Origin: Gekko japonicus
Lineage: Eukaryota
Assembly: GCF_001447785.1 (NCBI RefSeq)
Contig: NW_015177020.1
Coordinates: 272,365-336,364 of the forward strand
Direction: 5' to 3'
DNA: 64,000 nucleotides
The notes below the pieces were generated by a model. The model did no database searches, was not told the origin of the DNA, and saw only the letters and a list, made by a program, of their open reading frames with translations. Positions 12,259 through 22,356 of this stretch are shown here, piece after piece (the first letter of the stretch is position 1; each line of letters starts with the position of its first letter). A program made the translations under genes and the position numbers.

Positions 12259-12734
12259 GTAAGAATGCCCATCCACCCTCTTCCTGCTACTTTTGGGAGG
12301 AAACGGTATTGGTAGGTGGAGAACAAGTTCTTGCAGATCAGATTCTGTAGAAAAACACTAGCAGATGTGTTTATCCTAGAGTCTGGTGTTCTGGATCAAA
12401 GCCTTCTGATGGATGGGCATGAGGCTTGCTAACTGTTTGTACAAAATGATGGAAATGAAATACTCACATTTTCTTACTTTGAATAATTTATTCTGCTGTT
12501 TTGCCTGCTCTGGTTTTGCTAGTCAGAAAGGAAGGCAAAAGAATTAGGCAGGATTTTAAAGCACACCCCCCCCCCCCCCCCCGTTTTCAGTCCTGTGCAG
12601 TCTGTGTGCCTCTAAATGTTTACTCAGAAGCAAGTTCTGCAGAGTTGAGCAGAACTTACTCCTCGCTATACGACAGTCAGGGAGCATCCTTAAGTCATTG
12701 GTCCAGCATTGCTGGTCATCAGCCAGTAAGAAAA

Positions 12735-12999
12735 AGAGAAGAAGAGTTTATGCCCCACCCTTCACTACCTGAAGGAGTCTCAGAGCTTCCTTTTCCTTCC
12801 CTTCCCCACAACAGACACCCTGTGATGGAGGTGGGGCTGAGAGAGCTCTTTTGAGGACTGCTCCTGAGAGAACAGCTCTAAAAGAACTTGTAACTGGCCC
12901 AAGGTCACACCAGCAGCTGCGTGTGGAGGCGTGGCGAATCAACCCCGGTTCTCCCAGATTAGAGTCTGTGGTCCTAACCACTACACCAAACTGGCTCTC
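12735..12999 (-). mobile_element. tRNA-derived SINE (Squam3-like)
   Basis: Head GAGAGCCAGTTTGGTGTAGTGGTT with A/B boxes. Further copies at 18410-18692, 19670-19871, 32367-32648, 42950-43210 and 43406-43681. Confidence 0.8.
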
Positions 13000-13456
13000 A
13001 GTAATGGTTTAAGATAGGTAAAGCTTTTCTTTCTCTAAAGTTCCTTACATAAACCTAGCCACAAAGGCTTATTTTCTCACTTCCCACTGAGGCTAAGAGC
13101 TTGCACAAAACTTAATTTCCCTAACTGGCCATTGTTGGTCGTCCGCCAGGCTAGCTACTTCCAAACAATAACACCCTCACCTCACAGTCTCTCCTCTCTG
13201 ATTCTTTTTGGAATGGCTGCTGTGTAGTCTGAGCACTTTATTGTTGTTTGGGTTTTAAATTGTATATTGTGTTTTAAAAACCTACTAAAGTATTGATGTT
13301 TTTATGAGCAAGTTTCTTGCCATGTAAGCCGCCCTGAGCCCTACGGGGGAGGGCGGGGTATAAATTTAACAAATAAATAAATAAATAAATAAAATTATAT
13401 CCGTGTAACATTTGTGGCTTTTGATTTGCACTTCCACCCCCTTTCCCTGTATTTAG

Positions 13457-14260
13457 ATGTCCTCCAAGGCCCTGTGGCACCTCTTGCGAAACCATCTCCG
13501 AGGCAACCTGCGGACGCTGAGAGCACGGGGATGCCTCCACTCCGTCCGGAAGCAAGAGGTGCTTTCCCCAGCACTGATGCAGGCCTTGGGCAAGCAGTGT
13601 CCCAACTTCCACCGCCTGTGCCTGAGCGAGACAGACCTCCGGGCTCTCCCCTACGACTGTATGCCCCCGTCTCTCACGACTCTGGAGCTGAGCCGCTGCG
13701 AGATTCCTTCCGTGTGGTTCCAAGGGCCCGGCTCCTCCCAGGCCTTCCCACGGATCCAGCACCTCGTCATCCAGAATGTCCCCGCCTTCTCCAACCAGCA
13801 CTTGGCAAATATCGCACGCCAGGGCACGCTCAAGACGCTGGTTGTATCGGAGGCCTACCGGGTGACAGACGGGGGGATCCAGGCCACAGCACCGCACCTG
13901 GGAGAGCTGGAGTCTCTTGCCCTGCGCCAGTGCTGCGTTGGCGATCTGGCGACTCATTTCATCGGGCGCCACATGAAGCGCCTGCGCCTCTTGGACCTCA
14001 GCGGCGGCTCCTCCCTAACGGACACCTGCCTCCCTTGCTTCAGCAGCTTAGCAAGCTTGGAAGTCCTGCGCCTTGAAGCCTGCTGCGGGCTTTCCCCGGA
14101 GGCCATCGCGGCCACTTGCCGGGCGCTGCCTCGGCTAAAGCATCTCGATGTGAGCAAGGTTGGATTCGACGAGCGGACGGTTCACCAAATCCAGGCCGGG
14201 CTGCCGAACTGTGTCGTGACGTGCAGTGCCTCCGGCAGAGTTGCCAAAGTAAAAACGTAG
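13457..14260 (+). CDS. FBXL12: FBXL12 exon 3, leucine-rich repeats
   Basis: 267-codon exon with cysteine-containing LRRs and a TAG acceptor. Spliced CDS is 969 nt (322 aa). The 3-exon layout and head-to-head position with UBL5 match mammalian FBXL12. Confidence 0.93.
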   Translation: MSSKALWHLLRNHLRGNLRTLRARGCLHSVRKQEVLSPALMQALGKQCPNFHRLCLSETDLRALPYDCMPPSLTTLELSRCEIPSVWFQGPGSSQAFPRIQHLVIQNVPAFSNQHLANIARQGTLKTLVVSEAYRVTDGGIQATAPHLGELESLALRQCCVGDLATHFIGRHMKRLRLLDLSGGSSLTDTCLPCFSSLASLEVLRLEACCGLSPEAIAATCRALPRLKHLDVSKVGFDERTVHQIQAGLPNCVVTCSASGRVAKVKT

Positions 14261-14829
14261 CAAACGGAAAGTCCTCTTGATGTGCATGGTTGAGAAGGTC
14301 AAAGGGCGGGAGGGCGGGTGGGGGCAGTAGCGGCTCCAGCTTTTGAGTCGCTCCTGTAGTGAGCTGCAGGGANNNNNNNNNNNNNNNNNNNNNNNNNNNN
14401 NNNNNNTAGGGAAAGGTGGTACTTTGACCAGAGAGCCTCAAGAGGCAGCAACAAAGACCCTGCTGCAGCACGCGTAGCCGTGTGACTGCCGAAAAGATAA
14501 CAAAACTGGGTGCGAGCACAGGGGAGGGTGTTGCTTGCCGGTGCCGGGTGCCGCTGTCTGTTTGGAAGCTGTACGCCTGCACGGTGATGCGGCCGTAGCC
14601 CGGATGGTACCACCTGATGCCCTGGCGTAAAGGCTCCGCACGCCCTTTCAGTTGCACTCACCGGTGGGAACGAGAATCCTCTCCGTGCTCCACCCTGCCA
14701 CCCACTTTCAGTTTGACCATTAAACCACAAACACAGGAGGTGTGACAAGGTTCTCCCTTGGTTGGTGGGCTCACATCTGGGGGAGACATCATTTTTGGCC
14801 ATGAGGGAATGCTGCTGCGTACCCCCCAA

Positions 14830-14835
14830 AATAAA
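14830..14835 (+). terminator. Candidate FBXL12 polyadenylation signal AATAAA
   Basis: Canonical AATAAA about 570 nt after the stop codon. Confidence 0.45.
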
Positions 14836-16625
14836 CACTTTCACACAGGAAAGCAGCTGTTAGGGAGAGGGGACGAGTTCTCAGCTAGCCTTTTCCTTTG
14901 CGTGCTGGTTTTCTGTAGGCAGGCGCTTGTCTCTTTTTTCATGATGCGGCATTGGATCGTGGGAGCCCTCCGAGTTTGAAATGATACTGCCCCCTATGTA
15001 AATCCCATCACCTCTGTGAGAACTTAGCCAAAGCAAATACTCTCTGAAGCACTTTTTCCCCTGTCGTGGGCTGATAGCTTTAACCGTAGCTGCACAGGCT
15101 CTGTGACCAGTGTTGATATTCCAGATTGCCCCCGACTTAGGTACGGATGTGTAACCAGAGCACAGCAGTAGGAGACGGATGTACATGCTTTAGCCACACC
15201 TCTTCCAAGCCAGCATTCAGAGGTTTTTAAATTCTTGGACCTTCTTTTTAAAGCACCCCTGTTACCATGTAGCCAGCCCCCTCTTAGGGCTAATCTTTTG
15301 GAAATCTCAGGAAACATGTCTGTATGTGTGCTTGTTTTTTAAACAGAAATGACGATTGCACTTTTAAAAATGATAAATGCCTGAACTGTAAGAATCTTGG
15401 CTTGGATCCAGCAGAGTGTATATCCATGTGCAGGAGGGCGTGGCTTTCTCGCCTCCCCCCCCCCCCCCCCCCTGGCTGGGCCCACCTCACCCCGGGGGGC
15501 TGGGTTTCCCCCCCCCCCCCCCCCCCCGTCCTGCTGCAAAATGCCCTCCGAAGTGCCACTCATAGGGGACTAGGGGCCCCCAGGAGCAGTGTTTCGGAGT
15601 GCATTTTGATCTACAGTGGGAGGAGGAAGGTGGGAAAGTCAGTCTCTTCAGGTGGAAATCCTTTTGCCCGTGGAACATTCTGCTGGAATCCAAGCCCTTA
15701 TTTTGAGCTGTTTTTAAACACCTGCCTCTCTACTTGATATGCCAGATCTCAAAATGAGCACAGGCAGAATTTTACATTCTAATCCATTATTTGTGCTGAT
15801 GTCTGTGTCCTTTCTCTGAGAGTTTTAATATTTTGCTTTGATTAGCTTTCAAATAACAATAAACAGAACAGCTGCGATTCTGAAGAATATATTTTGAGCT
15901 TTCTCAACACTGTTCCCAGCTCACGTTGTTGCAGGCTCTGCCGGCGGCCCTTTGGATTCAGCTGGAAGAGCAGAAAGACACAGAATATTTTCTTACAAAA
16001 ACTCTTGCAACCTTTAAGGGTCTGATTTTGATGGCCAGAAATCACCGTATTTCTAGCTGGCTCAGCAGTCAAGCGAATATATATATATATATATTTTAAA
16101 CGATGGGTTTCAATAGATCACAAAACCGAGGAACTAACACTTATAGCAAATAATGAACTGCACTCTGATTGCTGAATGGTAGAGCTTGTCAGATCTCGGA
16201 AGCTACCAAAACAACAAAGGACAACGGAGTAAGAGAGCTGCTGTAACCCAATATGTTAATCTCCGAAAATGGGCTGCATCTCAGAGACTCCCAAATCATA
16301 TAAAAGTTCCACCAGTAAGAATTAACAACTGAAACTCTATTGAAAACAATACAACACTGTAGTTAAATACAACACCAGTATCAATGAACTCACAAAAATG
16401 ACAAGATTCCAGTTGCCAGCTGACCAAATAGGATGTAGTTAAACTAACCAATAGCTGAGACATCCTATACACTTGGGAACAAGAACATTCAAAATTACAA
16501 TAACAATGCAGAGTAATTACATTCAGAAATAACAGTAACAATGAGGAGTAATACATTCAAAGATAACGGTAACAGCAATACAAGTTCCCTTGTTTCCATA
16601 AGAGTTCTTCTTCAGTCGCTGTTAC

Positions 16626-17021
16626 CAGGGCTTTTTTTGTAGAAAAAGCCCAGCAGGAACTCATTAGCATAACAGGCCACACCCAATAGCAGAAACTCAT
16701 TAACATATTAGGCCACACCCCTGACAACACCACTCATTAGCATATTAGGCCACACCCACATGTTACCAGAAGTGTGGTCATCCAGCCACACCCACCTTTT
16801 GCTTCTTATTCTGTTTACCTTGTTTGTTGTCAAAACCCAGGGCTTTTTTTGTAGCAGGAACTTCTTTGCATGTTAGGCCACACACCCCTAATGTAGCCAA
16901 TCCTAATGAGTTTCTGCTGTTGGGTGTGGCCTATTATGCTAACGAGTTCCTGCTGGGCGTGGCCCACTCAGGAGCCAGCCGGATCTCCGTTCCTTTGTGT
17001 TCCTGCCCAAAAATAGCCCTG
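16626..17021. mobile_element. hAT MITE (CAGGGCT family) with octamer/KLF-like internal repeats
   Basis: TIR CAGGGCT...AGCCCTG; TSD GCTGTTAC/GCTATTAC. Confidence 0.88.
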
Positions 17022-17934
17022 GCTATTACAGTGAAAATGATTCTATATTGAACAAAAGAGTGAGAAAAACTTCTCAAGCCTCCCACAGGAGTGACCTTGG
17101 TGATAATCTCCTGGTCTCCCGTCCGGGATAATAAGCTTACACATTCATCAATGAGGAACATATACTCCACAGTAAATTCGGCACAGCCTGCTAACAATTC
17201 AAAGGTGGGATGTTTAACATATTTGGTTACAGCAGATCTCGGAAGCTAAGCAGGGTCGTCCCTGGCTAGTATTTGGATGGGAGACTTCCAAGGACTATCC
17301 GGGTCATGACACAGAGACAGGCAATGGCAAAACCACCTCAACCATCTCTTGCCTTTAAATCCCCACCAGGGGTCGCCATAAGTCAGCTGTGATTTGATGG
17401 GACTTTTCCAGTCATCAAGTAGCCTTTTCAGCCACTGATTGGTATCGCTGCACTCTGCTCAGCAGCGTTTGAAACCTTTCCCCATTCTAAGGAGCGTCTT
17501 TTGATGGGAGCAGCTCTCAATGTAGAGGCTTTCCACTTGGTTTGTCTGAAGGGGAAGGTGGCACCCTGCCCAGAGAGTTGTGAGGGCCAATTCTAGACCT
17601 ATGGACATTCCATGGCCTATTTGCCGAATTTCTCTGCATGCAAATATGACTCCCTCTCCACCACTCTGCATGCTGGAAAAGCAGAATGGCCAGTGATGGG
17701 GAAAGCACACATTCGGAAGCTCCATACAGATAACTAAATGAATCTGTGTAGATTTCCCTAGTATGGACACACATTCACTCACACCGGCAATCATGTCCGG
17801 TCAGGATCACTACCTCTGCACAAGCTTTCCTGTCTGTTATTTTTATTTTATCTTTCAGTGTTCCACACAGTCCCTTAAGACAAAACATAATTCTCCAGTA
17901 CATTTCAAAAATGGGGGGGGGGGACAAAAAAATC

Positions 17935-18155
17935 AAGATGGGTAGCCATGTTAGTCCGTCCGTAGCAGCAGAAAAGGGTAAGGATCCAGCAGCGCCTTAA
18001 AGACTAACAAAACATGTAGCAGGGGAGGAACAATTGTGAGTCACGGCTCACTTCTTCAGCTATCCGAAGAAGTGAGCAGTGACTCACGAGACCTCATTCC
18101 CCTGCCACAAATTTTGTATGTCTTTAAGGTGCTGCTGGACTCTTGCTCTTTTCTA
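17935..18155. mobile_element. Palindromic Penelope-derived element
   Basis: Inverted arms CCAGCAGCGCCTTAAAGAC...GTCTTTAAGGTGCTGCTGG. Confidence 0.6.
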
Positions 18156-19220
18156 AAACCAAAAAAGGTAAGGGGGGAAAATACCAAAGCTCATTGCATT
18201 ACATTATATAACCAATTAGATTGGAGTCCAGTAGCACCATAGAGACTAACAAGACTGCACTGTTGCCCAACTCTTACTGTAAAAATGTTTTCCCTAAGAC
18301 CCAGCTGGTACCTTCCCACCCTTAAACCCATTGTTGTGAGTCCCATCCTCTGCTGCCCACAGGAACAACTCCCTGCCCTCCTCTAAGTGACGGCCCTTCA
18401 GATACTTCAAGAGAAGAAGAAGGAGAGAGAAGAGATTGGATTTACACCCCACCCTTCACCCGGAGTCTCAGAGTGGTTTACAATCTCCTTTCCCTTCCCC
18501 TCCCCACAACAGACCCCCTGTGAGGTAGGTGGGACTGAAAAAGCTCTGACAGAAACTGCTCTTTCAAGGACAGCTCTGACAGAACTATGGCTTGCCCAAG
18601 GTCATCCAGCAGCTGCAAGTTGAGGAGTGGGGAATCAAACCCAGTTCTCCCAGATTGGAGTCTGCGCATTTAACCACTACACCAAACTGGCTCAAGGGAG
18701 CCATTGTGTCCTCCCTCAGCCTCCCCTTCTCCAGACTGAACATTCCCAGGTCCCTCAGCCTTTCCTCACAGGGCTTCTCGGTCTCCAGGCCCCCGATCAT
18801 CCTCGTCACTCTCCTCTGCACCCGCTCCATTTTAAGAGTCAAAGCTCCTTTTATCAGACGCAGTAGAGTAGAGGTGAAAGGTCTGACGAGGGGAGCTTTG
18901 ACTCTCGAAAGTTCGGGCTCTTTTTGTAGCAGGAACTCCTTTGCATATTAGGCCACACACCCCTAATGTAGCCAATCCTCCAAGAGCTTACAGAGCTCTT
19001 CTTACAGGGGCTACTGTAAGCTCTTGGAGGATTGGCTACATTAGGGGTGTGTCACTTAATATGCAAATGAGTACCTGCTACAAAAAGAGCCTGTCAGTCT
19101 CTAAGGTGCTGCTGGGCTGCGTTCCGGCTGCTCCGCTGCAGACCGACATGGCTCCCCTCTGAAACTATATAGCCAGTAAACCACAGGATTCAGAAGAGTT
19201 TATTGCTTTAGTAATTTAGT

Positions 19221-19410
19221 AGAGCTGCGGTGGCTCAAGTGGTTAAGACGCTGAACTGCAGGCTGTGGAAGGTCGGTAGTTCAGCAGTTCGAGACCCGGG
19301 TGCCGCATGACGGAGTGAGCTCCCGTCTCTAGTTCCAGCTCCTGCCAACCTAGCAGTTTGAAAGCAAGAAATTGCAAGTAGATAAATAGGTACCACTTCG
19401 GTGGGAAGGA
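19221..19410 (+). mobile_element. Sauria-type SINE, 3'-truncated
   Basis: tRNA-like head plus the core CCTGCCAACCTAGCAGTT...GTAGATAAATAGGTACC; full minus-strand copy at about 43996-44340. Confidence 0.8.
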
Positions 19411-20049
19411 CTAGGAGCAGGCTGGGGAGGTGGTCTGTGTGTTTGTTTTCTACACGTTCTTCGCGCCTCAAAGTGCACGTCATAGAGAAGACACAGCATT
19501 TATGTGAGTTGGTGCATATGCGGAATACATCATCCCAGAAACTGCACCAACTGTTCTCCAAATCATACCCTAATATTTACACGTGGCCTGAATCAACAAG
19601 AAGTATTGATTTCGGCTTAGTTTACCTTCTACAGTTAGGATGGGTTTTTTTGGACTGTCAAATGCCAACGTCCCTTCCTCTCCCCACAACAGACACCCTG
19701 TGAGGTAGGTGGGGCTGAGAGAGCTCTGAGAGAACTGTTCCTGAGAGGACAGCTCTGAGAGAACTGTGACTGACCCAAGGTCTCCCAGCTGGCTGCATGT
19801 GGAGAAGTGGGGAATCAAACCCGGTTCTCCCAGATTAGACTCCACCGCTCTTAACCACTACACCAAACTGGAGATTTATGTTTCCACCTCCTAGTTTGGA
19901 AAACTCCACCCCCTGCCCATTCTACATGGTCCGTAAGAAAAGGACAAATGAGAAAACTAGGGCATTTGTTTTAATCATGGCAGTCTTCTACATTTAAAAA
20001 AATTCCTGTATACTTGAACACATGAAGCTGTCTTCTACTGAAGCGGACT

Positions 20050-20260
20050 TGTGCTGCCCCAGCCAGCGTTTAACTGTAGCTAAGTAGAACTGCCATTCCT
20101 GTGACTGGCTGTTGATCAGCTGTGATTTGACTGTTGATCAGCCAGTCACAGGAATGCTTTTGGATGTCTAACTAAAGACTTCAATTCTCAGAGGCCACTG
20201 CTCTTAAAGATATATGGCAGTTCTACTTAGCTACAGTCAAACGCTGGCTGGGACAGCACA
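20050..20260. mobile_element. TGT...ACA non-autonomous DNA element with 47-bp TIRs and 5-bp TSD (Ginger-like)
   Basis: TIRs differ at 2 of 47 positions; TSD GGACT at 20045-20049 and 20261-20265. Confidence 0.75.
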
Positions 20261-20590
20261 GGACTCTTGGTCCATCAAAGTTAGTATTGTCTACTCCAGG
20301 GGTCCCCAACATGGTGCCCAGGGGTGCCCAGGCAGCCACCAACACTTTTCTTGGCTCCCACAGAGTGTTTTTAGAAAGTGAGTGTGGCTCTTGTGATGCA
20401 GGGCTTCTGATCTGCCACTGAAGATCTGGTGGACTGTGCAGCTTAAAATAACGAAAGGGTCATTCCTGAATGTCTCCAGGGCTTTGGCTGATGTAGGCTG
20501 ATGTCTCTTCCATGATCTGATAGAGGAGCTGTCATCCAAAAATAGGTGGCCTCGTGGCAGAAGGGGACACGGTCTGTTCCTCCACAGCAA

Positions 20591-20640
20591 GTTATTAATT
20601 AACCTTTCTGGTGGAACAGCCCTGGTCAACAGCAAAGTCC
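20591..20640 (+). promoter_or_regulatory. Putative HNF1 site (GTTATTAATTAAC, 20591-20603) and HNF4-like CAAAGTCC (20633-20640) upstream of lectin gene 1
   Basis: One mismatch to the HNF1 consensus GTTAATNATTAAC, about 120 bp before the ATG of a hepatic-lectin-like gene. Confidence 0.6.
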
Positions 20641-20712
20641 CATGTTTAGAAAATCCACATTTGCAGAAAAAGGACTCTTGCGGCCACCTCTAACTTTGCC
20701 TCTACCTCCAAG

Positions 20713-20755
20713 ATGGATGAAGAGAAGTATCCAGATGACATTCGGACTTACACAG
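20713..20755 (+). CDS. Hepatic lectin-like gene 1, exon 1 (cytoplasmic tail MDEEKYPDDIRTYT(G))
   Basis: Resembles the chicken hepatic lectin N-terminus as recalled (MDEERLSDNVRLY); donor CAG|GTAAAG; paralogous exon at 47324. Confidence 0.85.
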
Positions 20756-20949
20756 GTAAAGACGTTCTTCCCTCTACTGTCGCCTGGTATCGGCAAGTGG
20801 TGGATGACCTGGCCTCGGTGGAAACTTGGGGGTTTCAGAGGCCCATGGAAATATATTGACGAGGGGCTCATGGAGAAATGCAACTCCCGCTTCAAATTTA
20901 GATTTAAGTGCCACGCTAGTGTAGCGTCGTGGTGGAACTAGTGCAGTTA

Positions 20950-21820
20950 GGTAAGGGTTGAGAGGGTGAACTAACTTAGGACATTCCTCACTTAAAACTT
21001 TAACCTTGAACCTTTTAAGACACAGACCAGAAACATTCCCGTTCGATGCGTGGCCTGGCACACCTGAAAATAAAGCAAAAACTACATTCGTACTGACTTT
21101 AATTGCAATTGCTAGAATAAGTATCGCTCAAAAATGGAGAGACTCTTCCGGCCCTACTATAAATCTGTGGCAGAATAAGTTATGGGAACACTTTGTTCCT
21201 GGTAAAATAACACCACTGGGGAATAGCAATAACATAGGTAAATCTATAAAAAAGAATTCAAGCAGTTTGGTTTCCAGTTGTTGAATATCTTATAGAGTGG
21301 GGTGTCATTCCTAACAATAAGCATTACCAAAGTTTATTGCACTGTTAACTTACGAAATGTGGAATGTTAATAATGCAGTGTACCTGTATACATGCTTCTC
21401 AGTTTAAGGTACTGGGCTTATGTCGCACCTGACATTTCTTAGTGAGGTATCAGATTTGTTTAAAAAACAACAACAACAACAATTTTATTAGGATATAATA
21501 ATAAGTAAAATTTTACGTCATATAACAAACTTTTCATATCCTTTTATCCAAATATCTCCCCCCCTTCTGACTTCCCACAGTGCTCAAACCTCTATTACAT
21601 TCTTGATTTTTTCCCTCCTTTTCCAATTCTTTAACAACATAATTCTTTCAGGTAACGTATCTTTTTATCTGTCTATCTATGCATGTTTAAATTTAATCTA
21701 AATGTCTATCCAACCTTAGTAATTGTCAAAGCAAAAATAAATTGTTTTTCACATCCCAGTATTTCTCCAAGTATCAGATTTGTTGTTTGTCTTAAAATTT
21801 AATAAAATCATATTTTTAAA
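20950..21820 (+). mobile_element. L1-clade LINE 3' fragment with a nested antisense LINE 3' end (21461-21770)
   Basis: ORF 21006-21284 resembles an L1 ORF2 C-terminus (IARISIAQKW...W). The nested piece is flanked by a 14-bp TSD GTATCAGATTTGTT. Confidence 0.65.
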
Positions 21821-21934
21821 AAGGAGATACAGACGACCCAATATTTATATGTAGCTTCTTTTAGTTGGATCTAATTTCAGCCCACTTTTCAGACAGCACT
21901 TAAAAAATATGTCGCCTCTAGTCTGTGAAAGTCT

Positions 21935-22356
21935 GGTGGTGGTGAAAAGCACCATCGAGTCACAGCCGACGTATGGCAACCACGTAGGGTTTTCAAGGCA
22001 AGAGAAAAACAGGGGTGGCTTGCCGTTGCCTGCCTCTGCATAGAGACCCTGGACTTCCATGGTGGTCTCCCATTCAAGTCCTTCTCATCTGTTTTTGAAC
22101 CACCCGTATTCTCCCCGGGGTGGGGAGGTGCACCGTTCCTGGAGGTACTGCAATACCAGGTCGATGCGTGGAGTGGATGGAGCAAGCCCCTATTCCATCT
22201 CCCAGTTCCAAAAATCCATTTAATATATAGTCCTCAGATAGAGGACGTATCAGATATTAAACTGATAAGAACAGATTGACTTTTATAACCAGAGCCAGCC
22301 CTGCTTCACTTCAAAGATCTGAGGAGGTCAGGCTAGCCTGGGCAATCCAGGTTAGG
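21935..22356 (-). mobile_element. 5S rRNA-derived SINE (SINE3) interrupted by the U2 fragment
   Basis: 5S-like head. Other copies at about 17230, 22390, 22970, 38772, 41610, 51815, 53254, 54422, 58540 and 61117. Confidence 0.8.
22082..22285 (-). pseudogene. RNU2: 5'-truncated U2 snRNA copy (U2 nt 38 to 3' end, 22276-22127) with genomic 3' flank and 3' box
   Basis: Reverse complement reads ATCTGTTCTTATCAGTTTAATATCTGATACG...Sm site ATTTTTG...CAGGAACGGTGCACC, then GTTCAAAAACAGA. It lacks U2 nt 1-37 and interrupts a 5S-derived SINE. Confidence 0.93.

Noticed and set aside
13274-14076. ORFs 13274-13972 (-) and 13414-14076 (+)
   Set aside because: Shadow frames of the GC-rich FBXL12 exon 3 with no recognisable motif.
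16655-16960. Short repeats with spacers resembling a CRISPR array
   Set aside because: Vertebrate DNA; the repeats are bounded by TIRs and an 8-bp TSD, and the spacers are the same between copies.
20050-20260. Transib/RAG-like element suggested by the 5-bp TSD
   Set aside because: Termini start TGT rather than the CAC heptamer-like end, and there is no nonamer.
20713-20755. hemITAM in the acidic Tyr-containing cytoplasmic tail
   Set aside because: The tyrosines are not followed by xxL/I (YPDD and YTGR; YTER in copy 2).
22127-22276. Functional U2 snRNA gene
   Set aside because: Lacks nt 1-37 (U6-pairing and most of the branch-site recognition sequence) and has no upstream snRNA promoter.
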